A DNA stretch of 64,000 nt from Pseudomonadota bacterium (GTDB lineage: Bacteria; Pseudomonadota; Gammaproteobacteria; Steroidobacterales; MnTg04), in the NCBI GenBank assembly GCA_022572885.1, contig JACZVC010000016.1:2646-66645 (forward strand). The letters are read 5' to 3'. The number at the start of each line of letters is the position of its first letter. Within the stretch, counting starts at the first letter, position 1. Below, piece after piece: positions 1-10,209 of this stretch. The position numbers and the translations under genes are program-made. The notes beneath the pieces were generated by a model. That model was not told where the DNA came from and did no database searches. It worked only from the letters and a program-made list of their open reading frames with translations.

Positions 1-204
1 ATTCTTGATTTTGATCAGCGCATCCAGGACCATCGGCCCGCAGCTGTCCATATCCACTTCGTAGCTATCCATGCGCGGGTTGTCCCGGTTGTCCGGATCG
101 TAACGATAAACGAGCAAGCGGCGCACATTGCCGGTCGCAGCGGCCGCCGTATGGGTGTCCCCCTTGCGCACTTTTGAATTTGCCGGCAGTGTCAATTGAA
201 CCAT
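1..204 (-). CDS. sdhB: Succinate dehydrogenase iron-sulfur subunit SdhB, N-terminal 68 codons (gene runs off the window start)
   Basis: Not in the ORF track because it is open-ended. Reverse translation from ATG at 204 gives [68 protein letters not shown]. This is the N-terminal 2Fe-2S region of alpha/mitochondrial-type SdhB. It follows sdhA in sdhCDAB order. Confidence 0.85.
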   Translation of the reverse strand, partial: MVQLTLPANSKVRKGDTHTAAAATGNVRRLLVYRYDPDNRDNPRMDSYEVDMDSCGPMVLDALIKIKN

Positions 205-240
205 GAATGCTCCTCGTCAGTCCCGTTTCGGTTTGATCCT

Positions 241-2028
241 TTAGTAGACCCGCGCCATCGGCGGTATCGATTCTATTTCATCGCTCAGCGTCTCGAGCTG
301 AACGGGCCGGTAGTCCAGCCGGACCGTGCCATCGCCGGCCACCCAGCAAAGCGTGTGTTTGAGCCAATTCTCATCGTCGCGCTCGGGAAAATCTTCCCGC
401 GCGTGGGCCCCCCGGCTCTCCTGCCGGTTGGCCGCCGACTCGATAGCCGCCTTGGCTTGCAACAGCAGGTTCTCCAGTTCCATGGTTTCAACCAGGTCGG
501 TGTTCCAGATCAGCGAGCGATCGTGCACGCGAACATCGGCAAAACGCTGGTAAACCCGCTCCATCTTTTCGATCCCTTCCCGCAGGACCTCGCCGGTACG
601 AAAAACCGCAGCATGATCTTGCATGGTTTTTTGCATTTCCAGGCGAATATCGGCCGTCGGCGAACTGCCATTGGCGTTGCGCAAGCGGTCCAGCCGCTCG
701 ACTATGTGGCTGCAGGATTTATCCGCCAGCGGCCGGCGCCGCGACTTTGGCTGCACGGTTTCACTGCAACGCCGGGCAGCGGCCCGTCCGAACACCACCA
801 GGTCGAGCAGCGAATTCGAGCCCAGCCTGTTCGCCCCGTGTACCGAGACGCACGCTGCCTCACCGACCGCCATCAGGCCGGGCACCAGCGTATTGGCGTC
901 GTCGCCCGATTTTGTTACCACCTCGCCATGCAAATTGGTGGGTATGCCACCCATGTTGTAATGCACCGTCGGCAAAACCGGGATCGGCGCACGCGTTACA
1001 TCGACCCCGGCAAACACTCTTGCGGTCTCGGCGATGCCGGGGAGCTGCTCCTCGATCACCTCCGGACCGAGGTGCTCCAGGTGCAGAAAAATGTGATCCT
1101 TCTCCGGGCCTACGCCCCTGCCTTCGCGAATCTCGATGGTCATCGAGCGGCTGACCACGTCCCTGCTGGCAAGGTCCTTGGCGTTGGGGGCGTAACGCTC
1201 CATAAAGCGCTCGCCATCCGAGTTGGTCAGATAACCACCCTCGCCGCGTACGCCTTCGGTAATCAGCATGCCGGCACCGTACACGCCGGTCGGGTGGAAC
1301 TGGATAAATTCAAGATCCTGCAACGGCAGACCGGCGCGCAAGACCATGCCACCGCCATCGCCGGTGCAAGTATGCGCGGATGTGCAGGAAAAGTAGGCGC
1401 GGCCATAGCCGCCGGTCGCCAGGATCGTTTGCTGGGCAATAAACCGGTGCAGAGTTCCATCGTCCAGGCACCAGGCGACCACGCCTCGGCACTCACCGTC
1501 CTCCATGATCAGGTCGATCGCAAAATACTCGATAAAAAAATCGGCGTCGTGTTTCAGCGCTTGCTGATACAGAGCGTGCAGCATCGCGTGGCCCGTTCGA
1601 TCGGCGGCCGCGCAGGTACGCTGTGCCGTGCCCTTGCCAAAATGCGTGGTCATGCCGCCAAATGGCCGCTGGTAAATTCGCCCGTCTTCGGTCCTCGAAA
1701 ATGGCACGCCGTAATGCTCAAGCTCGATAACGGCGTCCGCCGCCTCCTTGCACATGTATTCGATGGCATCCTGGTCGCCTAGCCAGTCCGACCCCTTGAC
1801 CGTGTCATACATGTGCCAGCGCCAATCGTCTTCGCCCATGTTGCCAAGCGCCGCGCTAATCCCGCCTTGCGCCGAGACGGTGTGGCTGCGCGTCGGAAAC
1901 ACCTTGGTGATGCAGGCGGCAGAAAGGCCTTGTTCGACCAGGCCGAATGTAGCCCTGAGGCCTGCCCCCCCGGCCCCGACTACAACTACATCGTAATGAT
2001 GATCGACGAATTCATAATCCGCACTCAC
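241..2028 (-). CDS. sdhA: Succinate dehydrogenase flavoprotein subunit
   Basis: 595-aa ORF with an N-terminal FAD fold ([14 protein letters not shown]) and the [10 protein letters not shown] covalent-FAD histidine context. The full length looks like SdhA. The GTG start at 2028 overlaps the sdhD stop (GTGA). Confidence 0.97.
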   Translation of the reverse strand: MSADYEFVDHHYDVVVVGAGGAGLRATFGLVEQGLSAACITKVFPTRSHTVSAQGGISAALGNMGEDDWRWHMYDTVKGSDWLGDQDAIEYMCKEAADAVIELEHYGVPFSRTEDGRIYQRPFGGMTTHFGKGTAQRTCAAADRTGHAMLHALYQQALKHDADFFIEYFAIDLIMEDGECRGVVAWCLDDGTLHRFIAQQTILATGGYGRAYFSCTSAHTCTGDGGGMVLRAGLPLQDLEFIQFHPTGVYGAGMLITEGVRGEGGYLTNSDGERFMERYAPNAKDLASRDVVSRSMTIEIREGRGVGPEKDHIFLHLEHLGPEVIEEQLPGIAETARVFAGVDVTRAPIPVLPTVHYNMGGIPTNLHGEVVTKSGDDANTLVPGLMAVGEAACVSVHGANRLGSNSLLDLVVFGRAAARRCSETVQPKSRRRPLADKSCSHIVERLDRLRNANGSSPTADIRLEMQKTMQDHAAVFRTGEVLREGIEKMERVYQRFADVRVHDRSLIWNTDLVETMELENLLLQAKAAIESAANRQESRGAHAREDFPERDDENWLKHTLCWVAGDGTVRLDYRPVQLETLSDEIESIPPMARVY

Positions 2029-2411
2029 GAAAGCCCTCCGACACTAATGCGCAATATGGAAATCACGCCGGCCATGGCCAGCAGCAAATGTACAAGAACG
2101 GATAACGAAAGACCGCCCGTTTTCAACCTGGGCGAACTGACATAGTCCTCGATCACGGCCTCCACACCGAGCTTCGAATGGTAGAGCAAGATCAGCACAA
2201 AGGCTGACAGCAACACGGCGTTGAGCGGACGAGCGAGCCAGGCCACTGTGCTGCCATGACCGAGATCGCCGGCAGCGGCGAGGGAAATCATGAACCAAAA
2301 GCCCAGCGGGATCAGCACGATCGCGGTGAGCCTCTGCCGCCACCAATGCCCGGTGCCCTTTTGCGCAGAGCCCGGGCCCATGACCTTGCCGAGCAGTGTA
2401 CGCAGACTCAC
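2025..2411 (-). CDS. sdhD: Succinate dehydrogenase membrane anchor subunit SdhD
   Basis: Small hydrophobic protein. [31 protein letters not shown] matches the conserved N-terminal motif of alpha-type SdhD. I place the start at GTG 2411, abutting the sdhC stop. The longest ORF reaches 2459 and ATG 2381 is an alternative. Confidence 0.85.
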   Translation of the reverse strand: MSLRTLLGKVMGPGSAQKGTGHWWRQRLTAIVLIPLGFWFMISLAAAGDLGHGSTVAWLARPLNAVLLSAFVLILLYHSKLGVEAVIEDYVSSPRLKTGGLSLSVLVHLLLAMAGVISILRISVGGLS

Positions 2412-2800
2412 AGCAGCGCCGCCGGCAGATCGGTGACCGCGGCCCAGAAAGCGGCCCACATCAGCAAAGTGGCGATAAGGACCAGCCAGCCGGTGAGATA
2501 GGTACGCGTTAGTTCAAACCCCATACCCAGGTCCCAGAACAGGTGGCGAATACCATTGTTCAGATGATAGAAAAACGCCAGCGTGACACCCGCCAGCACG
2601 ATCTGCCCGGGAACCGTGGCCAACATCCCCAGCCTCTGCAGCGCTTGCGGACCTTCCGCCAGCAACGCCAACCAGTAAACCAGGCCAACCGCCGAAACAG
2701 ACAACGCGATACCGCTGAGCCGGTGGGCAAACGAGAGCAGCGAAGTCAATTGGGGTTTGTAGTGATAAAATGGTGACAGAGGCCGGTTGTCTTTCGCCAT
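2408..2800 (-). CDS. sdhC: Succinate dehydrogenase cytochrome b556 subunit SdhC
   Basis: 130 aa with three hydrophobic helices. RPLSPFYHYKPQLTSLLSFAHRLSG is typical of the SdhC N-terminus. It is the first gene of the sdhCDAB order. Confidence 0.9.
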   Translation of the reverse strand: MAKDNRPLSPFYHYKPQLTSLLSFAHRLSGIALSVSAVGLVYWLALLAEGPQALQRLGMLATVPGQIVLAGVTLAFFYHLNNGIRHLFWDLGMGFELTRTYLTGWLVLIATLLMWAAFWAAVTDLPAALL

Positions 2801-2855
2801 TAGCTGGTTCCTTTGCTGCTAAAATCGGCGAGTCGATGTCGCCATCTGTACACGA

Positions 2856-3092
2856 CTAAAAATCGATGCAACGCCCCGCCTTTTCCCAGTCGCCGAAGCG
2901 CGTGGGTTCGGGGCCATCGCGACCGCCGATTTCTTTTGGCCCGGTTGCCTGCGGCTCATCGACCCGCGCCGCGCCGGTGGTTTCGCTCGCCATACCGGCA
3001 ACCGGTAATTCCCCCCCCACGTCAGAATTATCAACGCTCGAAGGCCTGTCCTGGTGGCGGCTTGACATGCCCGGATTTTGCCAGAAAGCCAT
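2856..3092 (-). CDS. DUF1674 / SDHAF4 (Sdh8)-like succinate dehydrogenase assembly factor
   Basis: The C-terminus GGRDGPEPTRFGDWEKAGRCIDF matches the conserved SDHAF4/DUF1674 ending (GPxxPEPTRYGDWExKGRxxDF). It lies directly upstream of sdhC on the same strand. The start is uncertain: ATG 3092 is chosen, and ATG 3068, 3128 or 3164 are possible. Confidence 0.75.
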   Translation of the reverse strand: MAFWQNPGMSSRHQDRPSSVDNSDVGGELPVAGMASETTGAARVDEPQATGPKEIGGRDGPEPTRFGDWEKAGRCIDF

Positions 3093-3167
3093 ATTGTTTG
3101 CACCCTGCAAATGAGCCGTTAGCGACATGATATGGTTAGCTTGTTCATGATCAGGGATCGGCAAACG

Positions 3168-4073
3168 ATGAGTCGAAAAATCAATTCAAACTGGCGCAGC
3201 CCGCTGTCCGGGACCAGCATCCTGTCGATCAGCGGCGCCGACACCGTCAGTTTTCTGCAAGGCCAGCTCAGCAACGATATGCATGCGCTGGACGACGCTC
3301 ACTGCCAGCGGTCCGCTTATCACCAGCCAGACGGCCGCGTACTCGCGGTACCCCTGGTCCTGCTGCAAGGCAGCGAGGCCAGCCTGGTCCTGCCGACCGA
3401 TATCGTCGAGGATATCCGCGAGCGCTTGTCGCGATACGTGTTGCGCGCCAAAGTGGAGTTCAGCGTCAGCGCCGGCCTGTGCGGCCTGAGCGGAGCGGAT
3501 CTCACCGCCAAGCTGCCATCCATGCCAATACCCCAACCCGGTTGCGTGACCCGCACCGCCGGCGGACTGCTGCTCGCAGCCTACAGCAGCCAGCGGATTC
3601 TTGCCTGCGGGCCACCGGACAATGCGGACTGGCAGCTGATAGACGACGCCCTGGCCGAAGAGCCGGAAGCAGTGTGGCAACTGGCAGATATCCGCGACGG
3701 TATCCCGCAAGTGACCACCGCCAACCAGACACGCTATACCGCGCAAATGCTCAACCTCGACCTGATCGGCGCAATCAGTTTCAGCAAGGGCTGTTACGCG
3801 GGCCAGGAAATCATCGCCCGCACCCAAAACCTCGGAAAAATAAAACGCCGCCTGTGCCGCCTGGGAAGCGAAACCGAAATCGCCGGCGACGAGGTCAGTC
3901 TTGCGAACGGCAACAAGGTCGGTGAAATATTGAACCGCCAGAAATCTACCGGCAACGGCAAGCCCGCCTGGGAATACCTGGCAGTCATTCGCCTCGATCA
4001 GCGACAGGCGGGTCTATACAACGACGGCACGCCGTTAAGCCTCCTCGATCTGCCTTACGCCATACCAGACTAG
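3168..4073 (+). CDS. ygfZ: YgfZ/CAF17-family folate-binding Fe-S cluster repair protein (GcvT-like)
   Basis: KGCYAGQEIIARTQNLGKIKRRL contains the KGC[YF]xGQE family signature, and the length is ~300 aa. The start is taken at ATG 3168. In-frame ATGs at 3132 and 3147 are also possible. Confidence 0.85.
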   Translation: MSRKINSNWRSPLSGTSILSISGADTVSFLQGQLSNDMHALDDAHCQRSAYHQPDGRVLAVPLVLLQGSEASLVLPTDIVEDIRERLSRYVLRAKVEFSVSAGLCGLSGADLTAKLPSMPIPQPGCVTRTAGGLLLAAYSSQRILACGPPDNADWQLIDDALAEEPEAVWQLADIRDGIPQVTTANQTRYTAQMLNLDLIGAISFSKGCYAGQEIIARTQNLGKIKRRLCRLGSETEIAGDEVSLANGNKVGEILNRQKSTGNGKPAWEYLAVIRLDQRQAGLYNDGTPLSLLDLPYAIPD

Positions 4074-4082
4074 AGCGGGAAA

Positions 4083-4284
4083 ACAGCGGTCCACGAAACC
4101 CCAATCTCATGCCGACCACGTTTCCCACCACCATCATTGCCCATCGAGCGATCAAGCCTGACCAGGGCCGCCATCTGCCAGCATCGTTTTGTGGGCCGCT
4201 GTATTACCCACAGCTCGATTCGGAACGCAGTTCATCTAGCAGTGGGTAATACAGCGGCCCGCAAAACCCCCAATCTCATCCCGA
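4083..4284. repeat. REP/MITE-like extragenic element with a ~33-nt direct repeat and a 25-bp inverted repeat hairpin
   Basis: The direct repeat is acagcggtccacgaaaccccaatctcatgccga (4083-4115) versus acagcggcccgcaaaacccccaatctcatcccga (4251-4284). The inverted arms are ttttgtgggccgctgtattacccac (4187-4211) and gtgggtaatacagcggcccgcaaaa (4243-4267). They pair over 25 bp with one G-U and enclose a 31-nt loop. The element sits between the convergent ygfZ and lysS. Confidence 0.7.
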
Positions 4285-4308
4285 AGGCGATCCACGATAA
4301 TAAGCCGA

Positions 4309-5793
4309 CTACGATTCAGGGCGCATATGCGGAAACAACACGACATCGCGAATCGATGCGGAATCGGTCAACAGCATGACCAGCCTGTCGATGCCAACGC
4401 CAAGCCCGCCAGTCGGGGGCATGCCGACCTCCAGCGCGCGGATGTAGTCACTGTCATAGAACATGGCCTCGCGGTCACCGGCATCTTTGAGCGCAACCTG
4501 CGCCTTGAATCTCGCCGCCTGCTCCTCCGGATCGTTGAGCTCGGAAAATCCATTGGCGATTTCGCGCCCGGCAATAAACAACTCGAAACGGTCCGTGAGG
4601 AACGGGTCGTTATCGTCGCAACGCGATAATGGCGATACTTCCGCCGGATATGAAGTGACAAAAGTGGGTTGTCGCAGTTTATCTTCAGCGGTCTTGTCAA
4701 AAATTTCAAACAACAGTTTGCCGGCGCCCGCTGCTTCGTCAACGGCGAGACCAAGCTCCGCGCAACGTGCCACCAGGGCATCACGGTTACGGGTCTTCGA
4801 TTCGAGCAGCGGATTCTCGCCGATCACAGCCTGCTCCACGGTAATCCGCCGGAATGGCTTGCCGATCTCGATGGTCTCGCCCTGGTAGTCGATCTCCTCC
4901 TTGCCATGCAGAGCATCGGCGAGGCTGTGTATCAACGTCTCGGTCAGCGCCATGATATCTTCCCAATCGGCATAGGCCTGGTACAGCTCGAGCATCGTAA
5001 ATTCCGGGTTGTGCTGCGTCGAAAGCCCCTCGTTGCGGAAATTGCGATTGACTTCGTACACCCGTTCGAAGCCGCCGACGACCAGCCTTTTCAGGTAAAG
5101 CTCAGGTGCGATCCGCAGATACAGCTCCATATCGAGCGCGTTGTGATGGGTGATAAAAGGACGCGCGACCGCCCCACCGGGGATAGCCTGCATCATCGGT
5201 GTCTCGACCTCCATGAACCCGAGGCTGTCGAGAAAATTTCGAATATGGGAGACGACCTTGGTGCGGGTCCGGAAGACCTGCCGCGACCGAGAGTTCATTA
5301 CCAGGTCGAGATAGCGCTGACGGTAACGTGTCTCCTGATCCTGCAGACCATGAAATTTCTCTGGCAAGGGGCGTAAACATTTGCTGAGGATGCGGCACTC
5401 GACCGCCCGCACGCTAAGTTCGCCGGTCTTGGTCCTGAACAGCGGTCCACGGGCCGCGACTATATCGCCGAGATCCCAGCTTTTGAAATCCTGGTAGACG
5501 CCATCCGGCAATTCATCGCCCGTGAGAAAAATCTGGATCTGGCCGCTGCGGTCCTGCAGCTTGGCAAAAGAGACCTTGCCAATAACGCGTTTTGCCATCA
5601 TGCGACCGGCAACAGCGACTTCGATATTTGCTTCCTTCAGTTTTTCACCATCGTGTTCGTCATACATTGCGTGCAACTGGCCGGCCAGCGCATCGCGGCG
5701 AAAATCATTCGGATAGGCGGGACCTTTTTCCCGCATCTGCTGTAACTTTCTCCGTCTCTCGGCAATCAGTTCGTGTTCGTTTTCTTCTGTCAT
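4309..5793 (-). CDS. lysS: Lysine--tRNA ligase (class II)
   Basis: 494 aa. It has an N-terminal OB anticodon-binding region and class II core motifs ([19 protein letters not shown]). It is immediately downstream of prfB, the classical prfB-lysS arrangement. Confidence 0.97.
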   Translation of the reverse strand: MTEENEHELIAERRRKLQQMREKGPAYPNDFRRDALAGQLHAMYDEHDGEKLKEANIEVAVAGRMMAKRVIGKVSFAKLQDRSGQIQIFLTGDELPDGVYQDFKSWDLGDIVAARGPLFRTKTGELSVRAVECRILSKCLRPLPEKFHGLQDQETRYRQRYLDLVMNSRSRQVFRTRTKVVSHIRNFLDSLGFMEVETPMMQAIPGGAVARPFITHHNALDMELYLRIAPELYLKRLVVGGFERVYEVNRNFRNEGLSTQHNPEFTMLELYQAYADWEDIMALTETLIHSLADALHGKEEIDYQGETIEIGKPFRRITVEQAVIGENPLLESKTRNRDALVARCAELGLAVDEAAGAGKLLFEIFDKTAEDKLRQPTFVTSYPAEVSPLSRCDDNDPFLTDRFELFIAGREIANGFSELNDPEEQAARFKAQVALKDAGDREAMFYDSDYIRALEVGMPPTGGLGVGIDRLVMLLTDSASIRDVVLFPHMRPES

Positions 5794-5811
5794 CTATTTT
5801 GAGCCTTGGTG

Positions 5812-6906
5812 TTAGAGTCCTTGTTTCAAACTCGCTTCAATGAACTGGTCGAGATCGCCATCGAGCACGGCCTGAGTGTTTCCTGTTTCCACCGAGGTTC
5901 GCAAATCCTTTATCCGAGATTGATCGAGGACATAGGAGCGAATCTGGCTGCCCCAGCCGATATCCGATTTTCCGGCTTCGAGTTCTTCCGCGGCCGCGTT
6001 CTTTTTCTGCATCTCCAATTCGTAAAGCTTCGCCTTCAACTGTTTCATCGCCGTCGCCTTGTTTTTGTGCTGCGACCGGTCGTTCTGGCACTGGACAACG
6101 ACTTTGGTCGGCAGATGAGTGATCCGGACCGCCGACTCGGTACGATTGACATGCTGGCCACCAGCCCCGCTCGCCCGATACACATCGATGCGCAGATCGG
6201 CCGGGTTGATCTCGATCTCGATTTCGTCGTCTATTTCCGGCGAAACAAAAACAGCGGCAAACGAGGTATGCCTGCGATTACCCGAATCGAAAGGCGACTT
6301 TCTGACCAGCCGATGGACACCGGTTTCGGTGCGCAACCAGCCATAGGCATAATCGCCCGAGACCCGGACGGTCGCGCTCTTGATACCGGCAACCTCACCG
6401 GCCGACAACTCGATGATTTCTGTCGTGAAACCGTGCGCCTCCCCCCAGCGCAGATACATTCGCAGCAACATATTGGCCCAGTCCTGGGCCTCGGTCCCGC
6501 CCGAACCGGATTGTATTTCGAGGAAAGCGTTGCTGACATCCAGCTCGCCGGAAAACATCCGCTGGAACTCCATCGCCGCCAACCGCCGGGTCAGTTCGCC
6601 AAGTTCCTCGGTGATCGACGAAACCGTTTCTTCGTCATCTTCGGCAACCGCCATTTCCAGCAATTCGAGATTATCCCGCAAGCCGCTGCTCAGGGCATCC
6701 AGGGTGCTGACGACCTCTTGCAGTCTGGCCCGCTCTTTACCCAGGCTTTGCGCCTTTTCGGGGTCGCCCCAGATATCAGGGTTTTCCAGCTCCCGGCTGA
6801 CCTCTTCCAGTCTTTCTACTTTGTTCTCGTAGTCAAAGATACCCCCTCAGAGCCCGGCTGCGGCTCTGCAGGTCTGCTATCTGTTCCCTGAGCGGATTGA
6901 TTTCCA
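5812..6906 (-). CDS. prfB: Peptide chain release factor 2, expressed through a programmed +1 frameshift
   Basis: The track ORF 5812-6681 carries the GGQ motif (SGAGGQHVN) and the RF2 body. Upstream, ATG 6906 opens [24 protein letters not shown], which ends at an in-frame TGA. A +1 shift continues [18 protein letters not shown] into the main frame. Confidence 0.95.
6832..6850 (-). other. prfB programmed +1 ribosomal frameshift site
   Basis: The minus strand reads AGGGGG TAT CTT TGA C. This is an internal Shine-Dalgarno-like AGGGGG followed by the slippery CUU UGA C, with the same layout as the E. coli prfB autoregulatory site. Confidence 0.92.
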
Positions 6907-6967
6907 TGGCGGTCGCCGACTCTCCGGTTTTCAAAGGCGCGAATGTTAGCACGCGCGGGCGCTCTGC

Positions 6968-8659
6968 TCACTCGAGAGCTTGCATCTGGATCACATTGAG
7001 CTGAGCCTCGCGGCGACCACGAAACTCATTGACCTCAAGCCGGTATACCAGGCGCAGCCGGTTGCCGACATTGTCGGGCAAGGACTGGCTGAAGGCGATA
7101 CCCCCCAGCGATCGTCCGCCCTTGGGTGCACGCAGCGTGAGCCGCAAGTGTGAGCCGCCAACGACCCGCTGCTCGATGAGTTCGAATTCACCGTCAAACT
7201 GCGGCTCCGGGAACCCCTGGCCCCACGGTCCGGCGTCTGCCATCAGTTCCGCCAGTGGCAGATCGAGATCACCCGCATCCAATTGCCCGTCGCTGAAGTG
7301 GAAGGCCTGTATATCCTCGATCCTGAGTTTCTCCCTGACCACCAGATCGAACGCCTCCGCGAACGACGCATACCGGTCACGCTCCAGGCTGAGGCCGGCT
7401 GCCATCGCATGACCACCGAACTTGCCGAGCAACCCGGGATGACTGGTCGCTATTTCATCGAGAACGTCACGTATATGCAGGGCTGGCACCGAGCGCGCCG
7501 AGCCTTTTAGTTCATCGCCCTGACCTGGGGCAAATGCGACCACCGGCCGGCTGAATTTCTCGCGAACGCGCGACGCGACCAGGCCAACCACGCCCTGGTG
7601 CCAGCCAGGATCGAACAGGCACATTCCCCAGGGGAGTTCGGCGCTTTGCTCCAGGGCCAGCCCATCGACGATAGCCAGCGCTTCCGCCGCCATCTTTTTT
7701 TCCAGTTCGCGCCGCTCCCGGTTCAATGCATCGAGACGGGCCGCAAGTATGCGGGCGGCCGGCACCTGGTCCGCCAGCAAACATTCCACGCCGATCGTCA
7801 TGTCATCCAGCCGGCCGGCGGCATTGAGTCGCGGACCCACCGCAAAGCCGAGATCGCTGGCCCTGGCGCGCGCCGGTTGCCTGCCCGCCACTTCCAGCAA
7901 GGCGGTAATCCCCGCGCAACAGCGACCGCCCCTGATCCGCCGCAAGCCCTGCTCGATCAGGATACGGTTGTTCCGCTCCAGCGGGACCACATCGGCAACC
8001 GTGCCCAGGGCCACCAGGTCCAGCAGGCCGGCCGCAACGGCGGTGCCCGAGCCCAGTCGCCGTTCACAGGCGGCCAGTAAATAGAACGCGACGCCCACAC
8101 CCGCCAGTGACTTGCCGCTGAAATTCTCTCCGCGAAGGTTTGGATTGAGAATGACATTGGCATCCGGCAACCGCGGCCCCGGCAGGTGATGATCCGTTAC
8201 CAGCACGTCGATACCCATTTTTCTTGCCAGGGCAACGCCGTCGATGCTTGAGATGCCATTGTCCACGGTAACGATCAGACCCGGATTCTGCTGGCCGGCT
8301 ATCTCGACTATTGCCGGCGTCAATCCATAACCGAGCAAAAACCGCTCGGGCAACAGGTAGCTTAGCCTGGCGAATCCCAGTTCCTTCAGGCCTCTCATCA
8401 ACAGGGCGGTTGCAGTCGCGCCATCGGCGTCGAAATCGCCAACGATCAAAACCAGCGAATTTTTTTGCCGGTGCGCAAGCAACAAGTCGACCGCCTGCCC
8501 GGTACCCCCGAGATCACCGACCGGCAACAAGCCGCTCAGCGACAAGTCCAGCTGGCGTGGCTCGCCAACGCCGCGCCCCAGGTAAATACGTTTCAGGACC
8601 GGATGCATGTCCGCCGGCAGGAGATCTTCGACGGCAAGCAGGCGGTTTCGAATTTCCAT
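6968..8659 (-). CDS. recJ: Single-stranded-DNA-specific exonuclease RecJ
   Basis: 563 aa with DHH-family motifs LIVGDFDADGATATALL, VTVDNG and LVTDHH, plus a DHHA1 region (GGHAMAAG). Confidence 0.95.
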   Translation of the reverse strand: MEIRNRLLAVEDLLPADMHPVLKRIYLGRGVGEPRQLDLSLSGLLPVGDLGGTGQAVDLLLAHRQKNSLVLIVGDFDADGATATALLMRGLKELGFARLSYLLPERFLLGYGLTPAIVEIAGQQNPGLIVTVDNGISSIDGVALARKMGIDVLVTDHHLPGPRLPDANVILNPNLRGENFSGKSLAGVGVAFYLLAACERRLGSGTAVAAGLLDLVALGTVADVVPLERNNRILIEQGLRRIRGGRCCAGITALLEVAGRQPARARASDLGFAVGPRLNAAGRLDDMTIGVECLLADQVPAARILAARLDALNRERRELEKKMAAEALAIVDGLALEQSAELPWGMCLFDPGWHQGVVGLVASRVREKFSRPVVAFAPGQGDELKGSARSVPALHIRDVLDEIATSHPGLLGKFGGHAMAAGLSLERDRYASFAEAFDLVVREKLRIEDIQAFHFSDGQLDAGDLDLPLAELMADAGPWGQGFPEPQFDGEFELIEQRVVGGSHLRLTLRAPKGGRSLGGIAFSQSLPDNVGNRLRLVYRLEVNEFRGRREAQLNVIQMQALE

Positions 8660-8757
8660 TATTTTAGCTCATCATAAAATCCGGCAGAACAATCCTGCAT
8701 TGGATAAAATAACCATGCTGTCACCAGGCGGACGGAGCATAGCAGAGGCAACATCGA

Positions 8758-9123
8758 TTGAAGATCGTTCCTGACAACGCTGGCGAAGGCTTGCTGGTGC
8801 GCTCATACGAGCGCGGCCGTATCCGTGTCCGCGACCAATACCATGACTGCCCGCTGATTATCGACCGGCAAGGCGTGCAGGCGTGGATCGCCGAGGCCAT
8901 TGAAACCCTGGACCTGGCGCAACTCGAATCCGCGCTGGCGCACCGGCCGGAGATTATCCTGCTCGGTTGCGGCCCGGTGCGCATCCAACCCCCCCCACGG
9001 CTGATTGCCGATCTTGCCGCCCGCGGCATCGGGCTTGAAGCGATGGACAGCGGCGCAGCCTGCCGCACTTATAATATCCTGACCTGCGAAAATCGAAGCG
9101 TGGTCGCCGCGTTACTGGCGTAG
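8758..9123 (+). CDS. Mth938/DUF498-domain protein (NDUFAF3-like)
   Basis: 121 aa. The pattern VRSYERGRIRVRDQYHDCPLII...EIILLGCGPV...GIGLEAMDSGAACRTYNIL fits the Mth938 family. The start is TTG as given by the track. Confidence 0.7.
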   Translation: MKIVPDNAGEGLLVRSYERGRIRVRDQYHDCPLIIDRQGVQAWIAEAIETLDLAQLESALAHRPEIILLGCGPVRIQPPPRLIADLAARGIGLEAMDSGAACRTYNILTCENRSVVAALLA

Positions 9124-9160
9124 GAGCCTCTGGCTCAGAAGCGTGGTTGCCAAACCAGCA

Positions 9161-10006
9161 TCAGTCGAACACGGCTTCGCTGCGGATTCCTTCTGATTCC
9201 ATGGCTTTGCGGAGCGTCGCCAGCGCATCCATCTGGATCTGCCTCGCCCGCTCCCGCGTCACACCGATCTCCGCGCCGACTTTCTCCAGCGTCGTACGCT
9301 CGTAACCGTGCAAGCCAAAGCGCCTTTCCACGACTGCCAGTTGCTTGTCGCTCAAGCATTTCAGCCAGTGCTCCAGCACGTCGTGAACATTCTGTTGCTG
9401 CACGCTGGCGGACGGATCGATTTTCTCTGCGCTGTCGGGTATGCGCTCGAGCAAACATCTCTCGCCCCCGTTTATCGATGGCAGGCAGGACGAACAGATA
9501 TTTTGATTGAGCTCCAGCACCCGTTCGACATCCGCCTGCTCTTTGTCCACCGAGGCGGCGATTTCCGCATTGGTCGGCGGCCGGTCCAGATTCTGGGCAA
9601 GCCGGTGGGAGGCCCGCAGACAGTTGTTGATTTGCTTGACAATATGAATGGGCAGGCGAATGGTCCGCGTCTGGTTCATCAGCGCTCGTTCGATGGTTTG
9701 CCTGATCCACCAGGTCGCATAAGTGGAAAATCGAAAGCCCTTCTCCGGATCAAACTTGCCGACCGCGTGCATTAGCCCGAGATTGCCCTCCTCGATCAGG
9801 TCCAGCAGCGGCAAACCCCGATTGATATATCGTCGAGAAATCCTGACCACCAGACGCAGATTGCTTTCAATCATCCGCTTGCGGGCAGCTTCGTCCCCGC
9901 GCAGGACACGGCGGCCAAAAAATACCTCTTCCTTGGCGCTCAGCAATGGGGAATAACCAATTTCGCTAAGATACAAGCGGGTTGCGTCTCGCTGTGACCG
10001 GGTCAT
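9161..10006 (-). CDS. rpoS: RNA polymerase sigma factor RpoS (sigma-38)
   Basis: Sigma-70 regions 2-4 are present ([55 protein letters not shown]). It lies directly downstream of nlpD. The start is set at ATG 10006 ([17 protein letters not shown]). The ORF stays open up to 10210, but that extension is Arg/Gly-rich and unlike sigma factors. Confidence 0.9.
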   Translation of the reverse strand: MTRSQRDATRLYLSEIGYSPLLSAKEEVFFGRRVLRGDEAARKRMIESNLRLVVRISRRYINRGLPLLDLIEEGNLGLMHAVGKFDPEKGFRFSTYATWWIRQTIERALMNQTRTIRLPIHIVKQINNCLRASHRLAQNLDRPPTNAEIAASVDKEQADVERVLELNQNICSSCLPSINGGERCLLERIPDSAEKIDPSASVQQQNVHDVLEHWLKCLSDKQLAVVERRFGLHGYERTTLEKVGAEIGVTRERARQIQMDALATLRKAMESEGIRSEAVFD

Positions 10007-10209
10007 GATCGTTGCCGGCAGCCGCCCGGCCGCCCGCGCTCTTTCCCGGCCAATCGCACCGGCCGTACGCAGGGGGACGCCTCCGGCTAGCGTGGTCAGT
10101 GCAGTCCTGCCGCGACACGGGTTCGCCGCCAGTCTGGTGCGTTTTCTCGCCACTATTCCCACCCTGGTATTAATACCAGGCGGCACACCATGGCGCCTGC
10201 GGCCGGCCA

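Noticed and set aside
196-1782. 528-aa plus-strand ORF antisense to sdhA
   Set aside because: It is Arg/Ala/Gly/Pro-rich with no motifs and lies entirely opposite a full-length, motif-rich sdhA. This is a typical long shadow ORF in G+C-rich DNA.
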